NCBI RefSeq assembly: GCF_030144855.1
Contig: NC_082713.1
Location: forward strand, 140,616,001 to 140,680,000
Source: Hypanus sabinus
Lineage: Eukaryota
Reading direction: 5' to 3'
DNA: 64,000 bases
The position numbers and the translations under genes are program-made. Positions within the stretch are counted from its first letter, which is position 1, and every line of letters starts with the position of its first letter. A model generated the notes under the pieces. The model had not been told where the DNA came from. It saw only the letters and a program-made list of their open reading frames with translations, and searched no databases. This document shows positions 39,935 to 52,706 of this stretch, in pieces.

Positions 39935-41210
39935 CCTCTCCATTTCTGCACTTCTTGGATCTGCACTTCCTTGTCACTTGCCTAGACTAATTGTTAATCC
40001 TCTTATTAGACATACACTGAGAATATGGGCTCAGTTCAGAAAATATAATGGCCTTCATGGTTTCTCCCTCTCTCTACAAAATCATCTTTTCCTACCTTCT
40101 ATGCAAGACGCAACATTTCATGATTGGTACAGAAAGGGCATTAGGCACTTTGAAGAGCTTTTCATAGATAATCATTGTGCAACCTTTCAACAACTGCCTG
40201 CAAAGTTTAACCTACCTAATACTCATTTCTTTAGATATCTTCAAATTAGACATTTCATTAACTCTTTAATATCAAACTTTCCTGAGATGCCTGAGAAAAA
40301 CATTGTGGACCTGTTTCTTTATATTAATGCATTGGGTAAAGGTTTAATATCTACTATTCGTAATAAGTTAGTGATCTTGAGGCGTGCCCTCTTTGATAAA
40401 ATTAGAGTGCCTGGGAGCATGATTTAAATATTTCTTTATCTGATGTGGTTTGGGATTCAATTCTTAAGTCAGTTAACTCAACCTCTTTATGTACTCGCCA
40501 CTGCCTTTTGCAGTTTAAGGTTGTACATAGGGCTCATATGTCTAAAACTAAAGTATTGCGGTTTTATCCTGACATTAGTCCCATTTGTGACAAGTGTAAA
40601 GGGGGTGGGGCTTCTCTTATTCATATATACTAGGCTTGTCCTAGTCTAGAGAAATTCTAGAGAGAAATTTTTTAATCCCATATTCTTAATTGCCCCTTAG
40701 AACCTAACCCTCTGATTGCTCTTTTTGGCACCTTGGGTGAAGTAGACATGCATTTGAGACTGACTAAATGTCGAACATTATCTTTTGTCTCTCTTTTGGC
40801 TGGACGGTTAGTTCTTCTTAGGTGGAGAGATGTAGCCCCACCCACTCATGCTCAAGGGCTTAGTGATATTATGTCCTGCTTAGACCTTGAAAAGATTCAT
40901 TATTCACTTCTCAATTCGGACATAAAGTTTCATAAGGTGTGGGGACCTTTTCTTGAATACTTTCATAACTCCTCTTTAGATTAAGTTTATCCTTTCTTTG
41001 TACTATAATCCCTTACTTCCAGCTTTTTTTCTGTAAGTTTTACTGTTTTTTTGATGTGAATTACATTATAGTTTTGGTAGTAGGCATTATATATATTTTT
41101 ATATATATTTACAGCTCTGTGGGGTTGAATGCTTCGATTAATTTTTCTTTTACATAGTGGTTTCTTTGTTGTTGTATTTTAGAAACTCATCAAAAATTAA
41201 TAAAAAAAAG
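39935..41210 (+). mobile_element. L1/Tx1-clade LINE 3' fragment
   Basis: HFFRYLQIRHF, LQFKVVHR, CDKC...H..C C-terminal zinc knuckle, T-rich 3' UTR, AATAAA and poly(A). Confidence 0.8.
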
Positions 41211-41299
41211 TCACTATGATGGCACCAAATCCTGTGTGTTCAGTTTACCCCTAGAAGCACTTCTGCTACCAAATAAAGCTTTGGTTTCTTGCAATGCCT

Positions 41300-41715
41300 G
41301 AATAAAGAAATTCCCCCTCATGTTACCTTTAAACTTTTGCCTCCTAACTTTCAAATCATATCTTCTTGTTTGAATGTCCCCTACTCTCAACGGAAAAAGC
41401 CTATCCACGTCAACTCTATCTATCCCCCTCATAATTTTAAATAGATCCACTCAACCTTCTACACTCCAAAGAATAAAGACCTAACTTGATCAACCTTTCT
41501 CTGTAATGTAGGAGCTGAAACCCAGGTAACATTCTAGTAAATCTTCTCTGTACTCTCTCTATTTTGTTGACATCTTTCCTATAATTCGGAGACCAGAACT
41601 GTACACAATACTCCAAACTTGGCCCCATCAATGCCCTGTACAATTTTAACATTACATCCCAACTCCTAATTTCAATGCTCTGATTTATAAAGGCCAGCAT
41701 ACCAAAAGCTTTCTT
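41300..41715 (-). mobile_element. CR1 fragment closely related to the young element at 49954-54425
   Basis: Shares acgtcaactctatctatccc and LFPLRVG(D/E)IQTR; covers sequence deleted from the longer copy. Confidence 0.75.
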
Positions 41716-41873
41716 GCTGGAGTGGACTTGGGGCTGGTCCAAAACTTCAGGCCAGATTGACGCAGTGTGGCTTGAGAGCAAATAATAAACTGCTGTTTGA
41801 CTGACTTAAGTGCCGAGCTAGATTAAGAGGACTAAAGTGTTGAGGATGAGGGTGAAGGTTATCGGCATTCACC

Positions 41874-42765
41874 TGTTACGAAGGTGAAGCAACTCTGAGG
41901 GGCTGAAGGGTACAAAGTCGCCCCCTCCTTTTTGAGAATCACAAGATTGCTATTAATTCAGGTCTGAGACCCAGGAAATGAGAGAGAGACACTCAGAATA
42001 CACAAGGTTTGGAATGTGTCCTGACCTCAGCGGGACGGAACCACTGATAACGGCCATTGTCTCTTGGAGACGGAATTGTGTATTGAGTACTATACTATTC
42101 GTTGAAGCCCTCAGGGGACAACCAGAGTGGTCTGGTTGAGGGATTGCATCATCCCAACCTGATTGACATCTGAGACCCCGTGAGTAAGGATAAAAGAGGG
42201 TCTGGGGAACAACCCCTTCAGACACACCAGGAGAAACGCTAGAAATCCTGTGATAGCGGTTTATAGCGAAAGCCGGTGAGAGCTCGTGTGCGTCCTCCCT
42301 TGCCAGGGTAGCGGGCTCATCACGGAAGAACGGTTTAGCTAAAGGAGAGGTCACAATTGAACGGCCACGGCAACAAGACACCTGACGGATCAAAATCATA
42401 AAGGAAGGTTGGAAAAAAATCCGTAGCGGTAACTGTTCCCATCCTATCTCTCTCCCTCTCTCTCTCTCTCTCCCCAACAATTGCAACACAGCGGTCCCTA
42501 ACGGCTGCAGCCTGCATGAACTGAGTGAACTTTATATTTCCATCGGACAATACATTATCCCCTAGACAACGATAAAGCTTATTTCTTATTATTATTATAC
42601 CCGCACTTTTAGATTTAGTATTGACGACGTATATTATCTGTATATTTGCATTGATATTATTTTTGTGTATTTTTACTAATAAATACTCTTAAAAATAGTA
42701 TCATCAGACTTCAACTGACGCCTCTATCTTTGCTCGTAAGTGACCCAGTTACGGGGTTCGTAACA
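41874..42765 (+). mobile_element. Solo LTR (892 bp)
   Basis: TGTTACGAA...TTCGTAACA 9-bp terminal inverted repeats, 4-bp TSD CACC on both sides, GATAAAAG at 42189 and AATAAA at 42678. Confidence 0.88.
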
Positions 42766-44673
42766 CACCTCAGCACTGAACCTGGCGCTGTGCCTGTTCA
42801 CTTACTTTTGGGGACTCCTCAGTTCATGTTCTGTGGATTGTTTGTTTATTTTTTTATGATTTTCTCAATTTATCCTCTTTTTTCATACATTGCCTCTATG
42901 CCTATCTTTGTGGTATGGGCTTTTTCATGAATTCTATTGTGTTTCATTGTTTTGTGGCAGCCTGTAAGAAGACGCATCTCAAGGTTCCTTTAGATATACA
43001 TACTTCGATAATAAACGTACTTTGAACTTATTTTAACACCTATAAGATGCTAAGGTGGCATGATAGGGTAGATGCTGAGATGCTTCCATTAGTGGGAGAA
43101 TCTTGAACGAGGGGGGACTTAGTTACAAAACAAGGAGATAATTTAAAATGGATGTATGTGGTAATTTCTTCTTGCATGGGGTGGTGAATTTCTGAAATTC
43201 TGTACAAAACAAGTACAGATTACTGGAGGTTTTTAAAAAGGAAGCAGATAAATCTTTGATAGATGTGGGAATTGATGGCTACTTAAAACAAACAAACAAA
43301 CAAACAAACACACACAGGTCAACCAAAATTGTGTTGTGTGATAGGGCAGGCTTCGGGGACCAGGTGGCCTGTTCCTGCTCCCAGTTTCTTTTTTCTGCTG
43401 TTTTACCTTTTCTTTCAGAGTCACTCTTAAAATTAGAAAGTGATTATTCATTGAAGTGGAGCAGAAGCCAAGGTAGAAATTCAAAATCTCATAATTTAGC
43501 CACAAAACTGAATTAATACAAACACTAAAATAATTTTTTTGAATTATTTATGTGTAAATCATCCCTAAATTGATGTAAATCCAGAGCTGCTTGCACAAAT
43601 GATCACTGTGCTGCTCATGTTAGCCTGTCTGAAACTTACTCAGCATCAGGTCCGGTTCATACAACGTCCACTTTCTTTCTTACTGATATAAATTGGAACT
43701 CCAAAATAGAACCTATGATATTTGTAGATCACTCAATATTACTGGAAGCATACTGAACCGATCTGTTGCAACCATTAACAGTTAAAGGTACAGTTAGCTG
43801 TTAACAGTGGATATCATTGGCAGCTTTATAAGGTCTACACACACATGTTAAAACTAAGACTGTTTTCTACACTTTTTAGTTGCTGATACACTCATTCAAT
43901 GTTTCAAACCTTCTTCTTTTCAGTGATGAATCCTTCCAATGGTACAGATACAAATGCTAAGCAAGTACAAGAAAATGTTTTTATTCCCCTCTCTCTCAAA
44001 GCTACCCCATCTCCCCAAGTAGTCATCTTACAACCACCCAACCCCTACTACTTCCATAGCCATCCCTCTCCATGATAAACAGAGAAGGTCCTCTTCACCA
44101 ATATATCAGTTCCCCTCAAACCACAATCCCCACGTCTTTCTGTCCCTTAATACCGAATTAATGGATTTTCCTTGACCATTTCACTTTGGGTCTCAGATGC
44201 TGAATTTATCAAAGACATGCCCTATAAACATCGTCTAACTAATATGTCTTTATTGACACCAAGCAAATTAAGTATAGTTTAATGCTTTTTTTATTCTATC
44301 TTCTGCTGATGACTTTGATTCTGTTGATATTCAACTTATTGTCCTCAAAATATTTGGCTACAAAATACAATACTGTCCTGCACTGCATCTTAAATTTATT
44401 TTGTTAGTCTTTCTTTCCACCACTTTAGAATTCTGTTCACATTCACTGTTTACTGAAAATGGTGATACCTCTTATCTCCAAACTTCTACTCTATTTTTTA
44501 CATCAATAGCTATTAAAGTTATGAAACCTGTTCTTAACAATCATATTGTCTTGTGACATAATCATTCTGCCTTAAATCATAATTACCAGCGTGATCACAT
44601 GGGGTCATGAGAATGAAGCAAAACAAATGCACATTGACCCTTGATCTATGATTAAAAAGACTAAATTTGAAAC

Positions 44674-44792
44674 CTGTGCCCTATTGAAATCCTTTGTTGC
44701 TACAGTAACAGCTCTCCTAGTGTCTTCTTCCATTTGTTGCAATTCACAAACTCTTCGGTCCAAAGCTGTCCTATTCTTATCATAGAATTTAT
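44674..44792 (-). CDS. RIBC2: RIBC2 coding exon 4 (119 nt)
   Basis: DKFYDKNRTALDRRVCELQQMEEDTRRAVTVATKDFNRAQ; acceptor ttttccag, donor CAG|GT. Confidence 0.9.
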
Positions 44793-46345
44793 CTGGAAAA
44801 GGAGCAAGATAAATTAAATAAAAATCAAGATCAGAATCAGAATCAGGTTTAATATCACCAGCACATGTCATAAAATTTATTAACTTTGTGGTAGCAGTAC
44901 AATGCAATACATGATGACAAAGAGAGGAAGAAAACTGTGAATTACAGTAAGTATTCAAATTTTTTTCTCTCTATTAAACCACTTAACTTTCAATAAATTT
45001 TGCTAAATGTTTTTAAGGACGGCATAGCAATGAATGGAAATTACACTTTTCTAATGTGATAGAAGGTGACATTACTTAAGGTCGCAGTCTGAATTAGAAA
45101 ATGTACCTTGCATAAATTCCTACACAGGGAATATTCAAGTTATGTTCAGTTTATCATATTAATTTTCATTCTTTGATGAGACATAAAATCAAATACATTG
45201 CTCCTTGTTCTATTTATGCAGTATGATTTTTGCTTTGTGTTACACAAGTAGTAAGGCAATACACACTGAGAAATCATTGTAGCTTTGTGATAATATCTAA
45301 TCAAATAGATGAAATGAACAGAAAATGCTGCAAAGTTCATTGATGATTCTTTAAACTGTGCAGAAAACAATCAAGAATCCTAACCAACAATTCTCCGGTA
45401 ATTTAAAACAAAAGCATACTTATTGCTCATCTCAGTTTTCTGTGGGATATTTTTGCTACATTTAATTAGAATCACAGTTGTTAAAAAAGAAAAGTAGTTA
45501 ATTATATATGAACTCCCTTGATATTTCTTGAGGTAATCTGGAGAGAACTATATCAATACATGCTCTCTTTTTCCCTGTTCTTTCGAAGCTTCTCTCCTTC
45601 AGATGTCTCTGCAGAAAACCGTTATTTCCTTGCCTTTGTATGAAAAGTTGAAAGTGTGTCTTGCACCATGAGATGTAAATCATTGAAAAACATTATGTGC
45701 CCAAATCAAGGATTGATGAAAGAGGCTTTATAAAGGCCTCTACTGGTCTGGACCAGAACTAAATCCAGAGGCTCTAATCCACCTGATCTTCAAACAATAT
45801 ATTCTTTCATTCAAGTTCATCTTAAATCTGTTGAATCTATGGAAGTACTTACCGTACGTTGAGTTAGGTATACTATACAATGTACCCATGAAAAATCTGC
45901 ACATCTCAAAAAAAAAATCTCTTGGTAGGCCAAGGAAATTAATTCGCTCTATTTGGATGACTTTATAGCAAGACTTAGTCCTATCCAAATATCCTTTCTA
46001 AACCAGGAAGTAGATTTGAACAGAGGGGAGTTCATCAGTGCCTGCAATCAGTTGAGAATTACCTCTGGCGTACTTTTCAACAGAAACAGTATGCGACAAG
46101 GGTCCATAATTATATGGAATGAAGCAACAATGTCTAAATAAAAAAAGAGAACTAAATTATTAAATAAAAACTATATGTTAATACTACAGCATACTGGAAT
46201 ACAGCTGGTCTCTATGTTCTCTTTCAAAGCAGAACTGAACAGATGAAAGAGATGTGATAGAAAATGTGTGAATACCTCTTGATAATTGTTACATGTAAAA
46301 ATTATTAATATCGCTGAGCTAAGTTTTATCTGTAATTCTACTAAC

Positions 46346-46690
46346 CTGCAAGCTTCTGCTCTTCCAAAGCATTCTTTAGTTCTTGCTGCTGTTCAAACGA
46401 CCATTCCCGGATTTGTTCTTGTTGACGCCTAATCCTTTCTTGCCGATTTAAGTCTTCACCAGTAAACATCTGAATGCTAGACACTGTACAACGAGGATCA
46501 TTGTCTGAAATTCGGGCTGGGACATCCTTTTTTAAAGCCTGTGGATCATTCAGATCAAACTCACGGCGTGTTTCAGGCTTCTGATAGGCCAGACGAAATT
46601 CAGAAATAGCCTTGTTTAAGTTAATCATATCATGTTTGTATCGCTCATCAAGAAGGCACATTGTTTGGTCATGTCGGATCAAATCTTTCG
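46346..46690 (-). CDS. RIBC2: RIBC2 coding exon 3 (345 nt)
   Basis: QKPETRREFDLNDPQALKKDVPARISDNDPR...GEDLN...EQIREWS resembles RIBC2 (QKPETRREFDLSDP) rather than RIBC1; acceptor tgcag, donor G|GTTAGT. Confidence 0.95.
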
Positions 46691-47064
46691 CTGCAGCAAA
46701 ATATAAGAAAAGTATATTTTACACAGGGAGAGGCTGACGTCACAGCACAAGTTGAGTGAACCCATTCAGTGCTTGGAAAACGCACTTCATGCTCCACATC
46801 AGCCTACCATCCTCCCCTCTGGACTCAACCAAATAAACATGGTCCTACTGCGCACTGCCATACTGGGCTGAGAGACCTCTAACAGGATTGCTAATGGGTC
46901 TGCTTGGTCACTGCCCACCACTGTCAGTGCTAACATTGCGTATCCTGTGACATTCAAAAGCGAGGTTTATTTTTTGAATCATGATCTCTCATGGAACCCC
47001 TGATGACCGTGGAACCATGGAAATCCAGTTGAGAAACCCTACTCTAGATTTATATACAGTTTTC

Positions 47065-47630
47065 AGAACTAGAATCAGATTTAATATCATTGGTATATGT
47101 TGAGAAATTCGTTCACTTTGTAGCAGCAGTACAATGCATTGCAATAATAAAGAAAAAGCTGTGAATTACAGTGAATATATATAGTAAGTAGTTAAGTTAA
47201 ATATGTGGTGCAAAAATAGCAATAAAAATGGTAGGGAGTTAGTGTTCATGGGTACAATGTCTATTCAGAAGTCAGATGGCAGAGGAGAAGAAGCTGTTCC
47301 TGAATCATTGAATGTGTGCTTTCATCTTCTGCACCTCCTTCCTGATGGTAGCAATGAGAACAAGGCATGACCTGGGTGATGGCAGTCCTTAATGATGGAT
47401 GCTGTCTTTTTGAGACCTCACAATTTGAAGATGTCCTGGATACTATGGACTGTGGTATTTAAGATGGAGCTGACTAATTTTACAACTCTCTGCAGCTTAT
47501 TTCGATCCTGTATCCTGTGCAAATAGCACCCCGCCCCCACCAATACCAGACTGTGATACAGACAGTTAGAACGGTCCATCTGTAGAAATTTTCAAGTGCT
47601 TTTGTAGACATACTAAATCTTTTCAAACTT
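47065..47630 (-). mobile_element. Rex1/Babar-type LINE 3' end; a shorter copy lies at about 44825-44955
   Basis: Reverse-complement similarity to 4005-4609, including the (AGAATC)n tail. Confidence 0.6.
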
Positions 47631-48197
47631 TTAGCCTTCAATTTTCCTCAGAAATTCTAGTATTATTGCAATAAAATGTCAGTTGGATTGAGAAAGTGTG
47701 TATTGATGGTGAGAAAAGAAAGAGAGGGTTAAACATGCCTACAGTGCACAAATTGAATAAGGACTCACTCCCAGCAGACTGTACTTCCTTTTCCACCAGA
47801 CATAAATTCTGAATTGGTCGGGAATGAAAAGTGTTTTCCTTACCCACTTTTCATCAGCACCCACATGGAACTGAGTGTAAAGTGCGTTTGCTAGACACTG
47901 AAGATGGAAAAAGGTGTGTAATATTCTGCCAGATTCTAATAAAAGTTCTAAAGAAAATGTAATTTACAAATGTGTATATATCTGACACCATATATCCTAT
48001 AATGACTGAGTTTCTAAGTTGTTTTCTGTTTTACAGTGTAACCAAAGAAAGATCAATGATTTATTATGACCAGACCATTACAAACATTTAAATGGAAAAA
48101 TGGTGGGAAAAGGCAAAACTAGTATATTAGGCACCTAATCATTTGGATTGAATCTTGAACTATTATGCTGTAATCAAGAATTTATTTTTAAACTTAC

Positions 48198-48279
48198 CAT
48201 AGGCAGCATGTTTACTAGCCTCTGTCCCTTCCTGAAGTTTCCTATCTTGGACTTGAGCATCCAATGCCTGCTGATCAAT
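48198..48279 (-). CDS. RIBC2: RIBC2 coding exon 2 (82 nt)
   Basis: Manually translated IDQQALDAQVQDRKLQEGTEASKHAAY; acceptor ttttttccaag, donor G|GTAAGT; phase 0 to 1. Confidence 0.9.
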
Positions 48280-48950
48280 CTTGGAAAAAACATACACTTA
48301 CAAATAATTGTACAACTCTCTTTCAAACTGCTATGGTATATCCCCATTCTGTATATCCAAAATAATGTTATTTGTAATGCAATCATGATTTGGTGATGTC
48401 AAAAACTGAGCAGTGTCAAAATCATTTTGTCTTATTAATAAATACTAAAAAAGTAGAACGACTTAACATTATATGATGATATATTTTCTACACTTTTTCT
48501 TGGTTCTTTTTTTCAAATCACTTGATATTATTCTGTACTTTATTATTAGTCAAGTCTGCACACTCTGAGCGTGTTTTAAATGCTTCTGCTGTAACAAAAG
48601 AATTTCCCACGAATTCAATAATTTATTATTATTATATGCAATTGTAAACCATTCTTAAATTTACACATTGTTTAAACAGTATTTACAGCACATATTGTTG
48701 AAAACATTTTTGTATTCACGATGTGCCAATTTCATACATCAATTATTTTCAAATGATAGCAATTTTTTTAAAAGTTCAAGCATTAACTGATGTTGAAAAG
48801 ATAAAAATGCCTTTATGACAGCTATATAATCCTCTGCAACTTAATTGTCTTGCTTTCAGAATTTTTGTAACAAAATACATTTCATATTAACTGCTCTTTA
48901 TAATCCCCTACAACAATAATTGGAAAAAATGTGTAATTTTCTACACATAC

Positions 48951-49067
48951 CCCAATTGTCCTGACTCTGGTATTAAAAACTCTGTTTTTCCTCTGAACTT
49001 CCACATCTCTTCTTCGTGCAATTATAGCCGCCTCTTTCAGATCCACTGGACCATCCAGCTTGTGCAT
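48951..49067 (-). CDS. RIBC2: RIB43A-like with coiled-coils protein 2, coding exon 1 (117 nt)
   Basis: MHKLDGPVDLKEAAIIARRRDVEVQRKNRVFNTRVRTIG matches the RIB43A-family N-terminus; donor GGG|GTATGT. Confidence 0.9.
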
Positions 49068-49179
49068 CTTTTTTCGGAGTTCAAGGAAGTTTTCTTTATT
49101 CCCCTAAATCTAGTGAACAAAAAAGCAGATTAAACGTATGTAATTCGAAAGGAAGCAATCTTTTAAAAACAAACTTACC

Positions 49180-49520
49180 AGTGACTTACGATTTATTATC
49201 TGCACCACGACAGATCAATGCACAATTACCTCTTTTTTTTCCTTCGCATGCCCAAGTTTACATCGCGTGTACGCGACTGAAACTGTTGCTAGGCAATCAG
49301 AGGTGGGGCGAGAGCTCTTGGATATTCTCGCGATATTCTTTCATAGCCTCGCTAGTTCTCGCGCTGCCTGCTGCCTGCTCCCTCCCGCGTTTATTGTCGG
49401 TGTAGTTAGAGGTGTGACGCCATTTAAAGGAGCGTGGTTCAGTCAATGAGGAGAGGTGTTCCACCCTCTGACGACATTGTACATTAAATAATAGCAGTCA
49501 CGATTGAAGGCTTCGCCAGA
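49180..49520. promoter_or_regulatory. CpG-rich bidirectional RIBC2/SMC1B promoter
   Basis: Divergent ATGs at 49067 and 49521; local CpG enrichment; X-box GTTGCTAGGCAAT 49285-49297, TCTCGCGATA 49326-49335, TCCCGC 49383-49388, AGGTGTGA 49410-49417. Confidence 0.8.
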
Positions 49521-49629
49521 ATGGGAACCCTGAAGTTAATCGAAGTCGAAAACTTCAAATCGTGGAAAGGGCGACAGTTGATTGGGCCCTTCATGCGCTT
49601 CAACTGCATTATCGGTCCGAATGGATCAG
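49521..49629 (+). CDS. SMC1B: Structural maintenance of chromosomes 1B (meiotic cohesin), coding exon 1 (109 nt)
   Basis: [37 protein letters not shown], start of Walker A; FKSW and CIIGP are SMC1B-type residues; donor G|GTAATG. Confidence 0.93.
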
Positions 49630-50030
49630 GTAATGAGCGGTGCCCCGAGGCCGACAACAGCCGTGATCGCTCTCCCACTACCCCTCCCTCGACATTGCCG
49701 CCGACACCTCCTCATCCCTTGATTCCTGACCTCCTCCTAAGGAGGGGTTGGGGTAGGCGGGGAAGGGATAGATCTGAGTGGGAGTCCCGGACCGAATTAG
49801 ACGAACTAGTATTTTGAGGAGTGAGCAGATAGATATGACAATGTTTTTATGCTTTGCAGTAGTAATGTTTTTACAGTATATTGTGAAGATGCAGTGTTGT
49901 ATATCTGCTTTTTCACTATTTTGCTTTCCGTATCTCTTTACTCCACTCATAATATATAACCATATAACAATCACAGCACGGAAACAGACCATCTTGGCCC
50001 TCCTAGTCCGTGCCGAACCCTTAATCTCAC

Positions 50031-52664
50031 CTAGTCCCACCTACCCGCACTCAGCCCACAACCCTCCACTCCTTTCCTGTCCATATACCTATCCAATTTT
50101 ACCTTAAATGACACAACTGAACTGGCCTCTACTACTTCTACAGGAAGCTCATTCCACACAGCTATCACTCTTTGAGTAAAGAAATACCCCCTCGTGTTTC
50201 CCTTAAACTTCTGCCCACTAACTCTCAAATCATGTCCTCTCGTTTGAATCTCCCCTACTCTCAATGGAAACAGCCTGATAACGTCAACTCTATCTATCCC
50301 TCTCAAAATTTTAAATACCTCGATCAAATCCCCCCCTCAACCTTCTACGCTCCAATGAATAGAGACCTAACTTGTTCAACCTTTCTCTGTAACTTAATTG
50401 CTGAAACCCTGCCAAAATGTAGAACCTCACACTTCTCAGCATTAAACTCCATCTGCCAACGTTCAGCCCATTCTTCTAACCGGCATAAATCTCCCTGCAA
50501 GTTTTGAAAATCCACCTCATTATCCACAACACCTCCTACCTTAGTATCATCGGCATACTTACTAATCCAATTTACCACCCCATCATTCAGATCATTTATG
50601 TATATTACAAACAACATTGGGCCCAAAACAGATCCCTGAGGCACCCCGCTAGTCACCGGTCTCCATCCCGATAAACAATTATCCACCACTACTCTCTGGC
50701 ATCTCCCATCTAGCCACTGTTGAATCCATTTTATTACTCCAGCATTATTACCTAACGACTGAACCTTCTTAACTAACCTTCCATGTGGAACTTTGTCAAA
50801 GGCTTTGCTGAAGTCCATATAGACTACATCCACTGCCTTACCCTCATCAACATTCCTCGTAACTTCTTCAAAAAATTCAATAAGGTTTGTCAAACATGAC
50901 CTTCCACGCACAAATCCATGCTGGCTACTTCTAATCAGATCCCGTCTATCCAGATAATTATAAATACTATCTCTAAGAATACTTTCCATTAATTTACCCA
51001 CCACTGATGTCAAACTGACAGGTCTATAATTGCTAGGCTTCCTTCTAGAACCCTTTTAAAACAATGGAACCACATGAGCAATACGCCAATCCTCCGGCAC
51101 AATCCCCGTTTCATATTAAAGATCTCCGTCAGAGCTCCTGCTATTTCTACACAAACTTCCCTCAAGGTCCTAGGGAATATCCTGTCAGGACCCGGAGATT
51201 TATCCACTTTTAAATTTCTTAAAAGTGCCAGTACCTCCACCTCTTTAATTGTCATAGGTTCCATAACTTCCTTACTTGTTTCCCACACCTTAGACAATTC
51301 AATATCCTTCTCCTTAGTGAATACCGAAGAGAAGAAATCATTCAAAATCTCTCCCATCTCCTTCGGTTCCACACATAGCTGACCACTCTGATTCTCTAAG
51401 GGGCCAATTTTATCCCTCACTATCCTCTTGCTTTTAATATAACTGTAGAAACCTTTCGGATTTACTTTCACCTTATTTGCCAAACCAACCTCGTATCTTC
51501 TTTTAGCTTTTCTAATCTCTTTCTTAAAATTCCTTTTACATTCTTTATATTCCTCGAGCAATTCCTTTTCTCCATGCTGCCTATATCTATTGTAGACATC
51601 CCTCTTTTTCCAAACCAAATTTCTAATATCCCTTGAAAACCATGGTGCTCTCAAACCTTTAACCTTTCCTTTCACCCTAACAGGAACATAAAGATTCTGA
51701 AACCTCATAATTTCACCCTTAAATGACCTCCATTTCTCTATTACATCCTTCCCATAAAACAACTTGACCCAATCCGCTCTCTCTAAATCCCTTCGCATCC
51801 CCTCAAAGTTAGCCTTTCTCCAATCAAAAATCTCAACTCTAGGTCCAGTCCTGTCCTCCATAATTATATTGAAGCTAATGCTATTGTGATCACTGGACCC
51901 AAAGTGCTCCCCAACACATACATCTGTCAGCTGACCTATCGCATTCCCTAACAGGAGATCCAACACTGCCCCATCTCTAGTTGGTACTTCTATGTATTGT
52001 TGCAAAAAACTATCCTGCACACATTTCACAAACTCTAAACCATCCAGCCCTTTTACAGAATGAGCTTCCCAGTCTACGTGTGGAAAATTAAAATCTCCCA
52101 CAATCACCACCTTGTGTTTACTACAAATATCTGCTATCTCCTTACACATTTGCTCTTCCAACTCACGCGCCCCATTAGGTGGCCTATAATACACTCCTAT
52201 CAGTGTTACTACACCCTTCCCATTCTTCAATTCCACCCAAATGGCCTCCCTAGAGGAGCTCTCTAATCTATCCTTCCAAAGCACCGCCATAAGATTTTCT
52301 CGGACAAGCAATGCAACACCTCCTCCTCTGGCCCCTCCTACTCTATCACACCTGAAGCAACTAAATCCAGGAATATTTAGTTGCCAATCACATCCTTCCT
52401 GCAACCATAATTCCAGGTATCAATCCACGCTTTAAGCTCATCCACCTTTCTTACAATGCTCCTAGCATTAAAATAGATACATTTAAGATACTCTCCATCT
52501 CCTCCTCTTTTTCCATCCCTAACAATGCATTCAAATTTATTATCCTTTTCTTTCTTCTCCCCTATATCTTCGGGCTGAGCGCATCCCTTCTCCATCACCT
52601 GCCTTTCCTCCCTCACACACTGTCTATTTACTTGCTCCACTGGTGAACTAACCTCCTCTCCCAT
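50031..52664 (-). pseudogene. Disrupted CR1 ORF2 (AP endonuclease plus reverse transcriptase)
   Basis: YFNARS, GDFN, SDHN, KSPGPD, QHGF, DFSKAFD, GVPQGSVLGP, YADD motifs; frameshift or deletion breaks near 52405, 51100 and 50405. Confidence 0.9.
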
Positions 52665-52706
52665 AATCTCCTCAAATAGTCTCCCGCCCCCCCCCCCCCC
52701 ATCTTA

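Noticed and set aside
41953-42489. 178-aa ORF
   Set aside because: Non-ATG start, runs through a (GA)n tract inside the solo LTR, no recognisable domain
49630-49817. Pro-rich continuation of the 98-aa ORF after GPNGSG
   Set aside because: Intron read-through; SMC1 similarity resumes at 58114 after a GT donor
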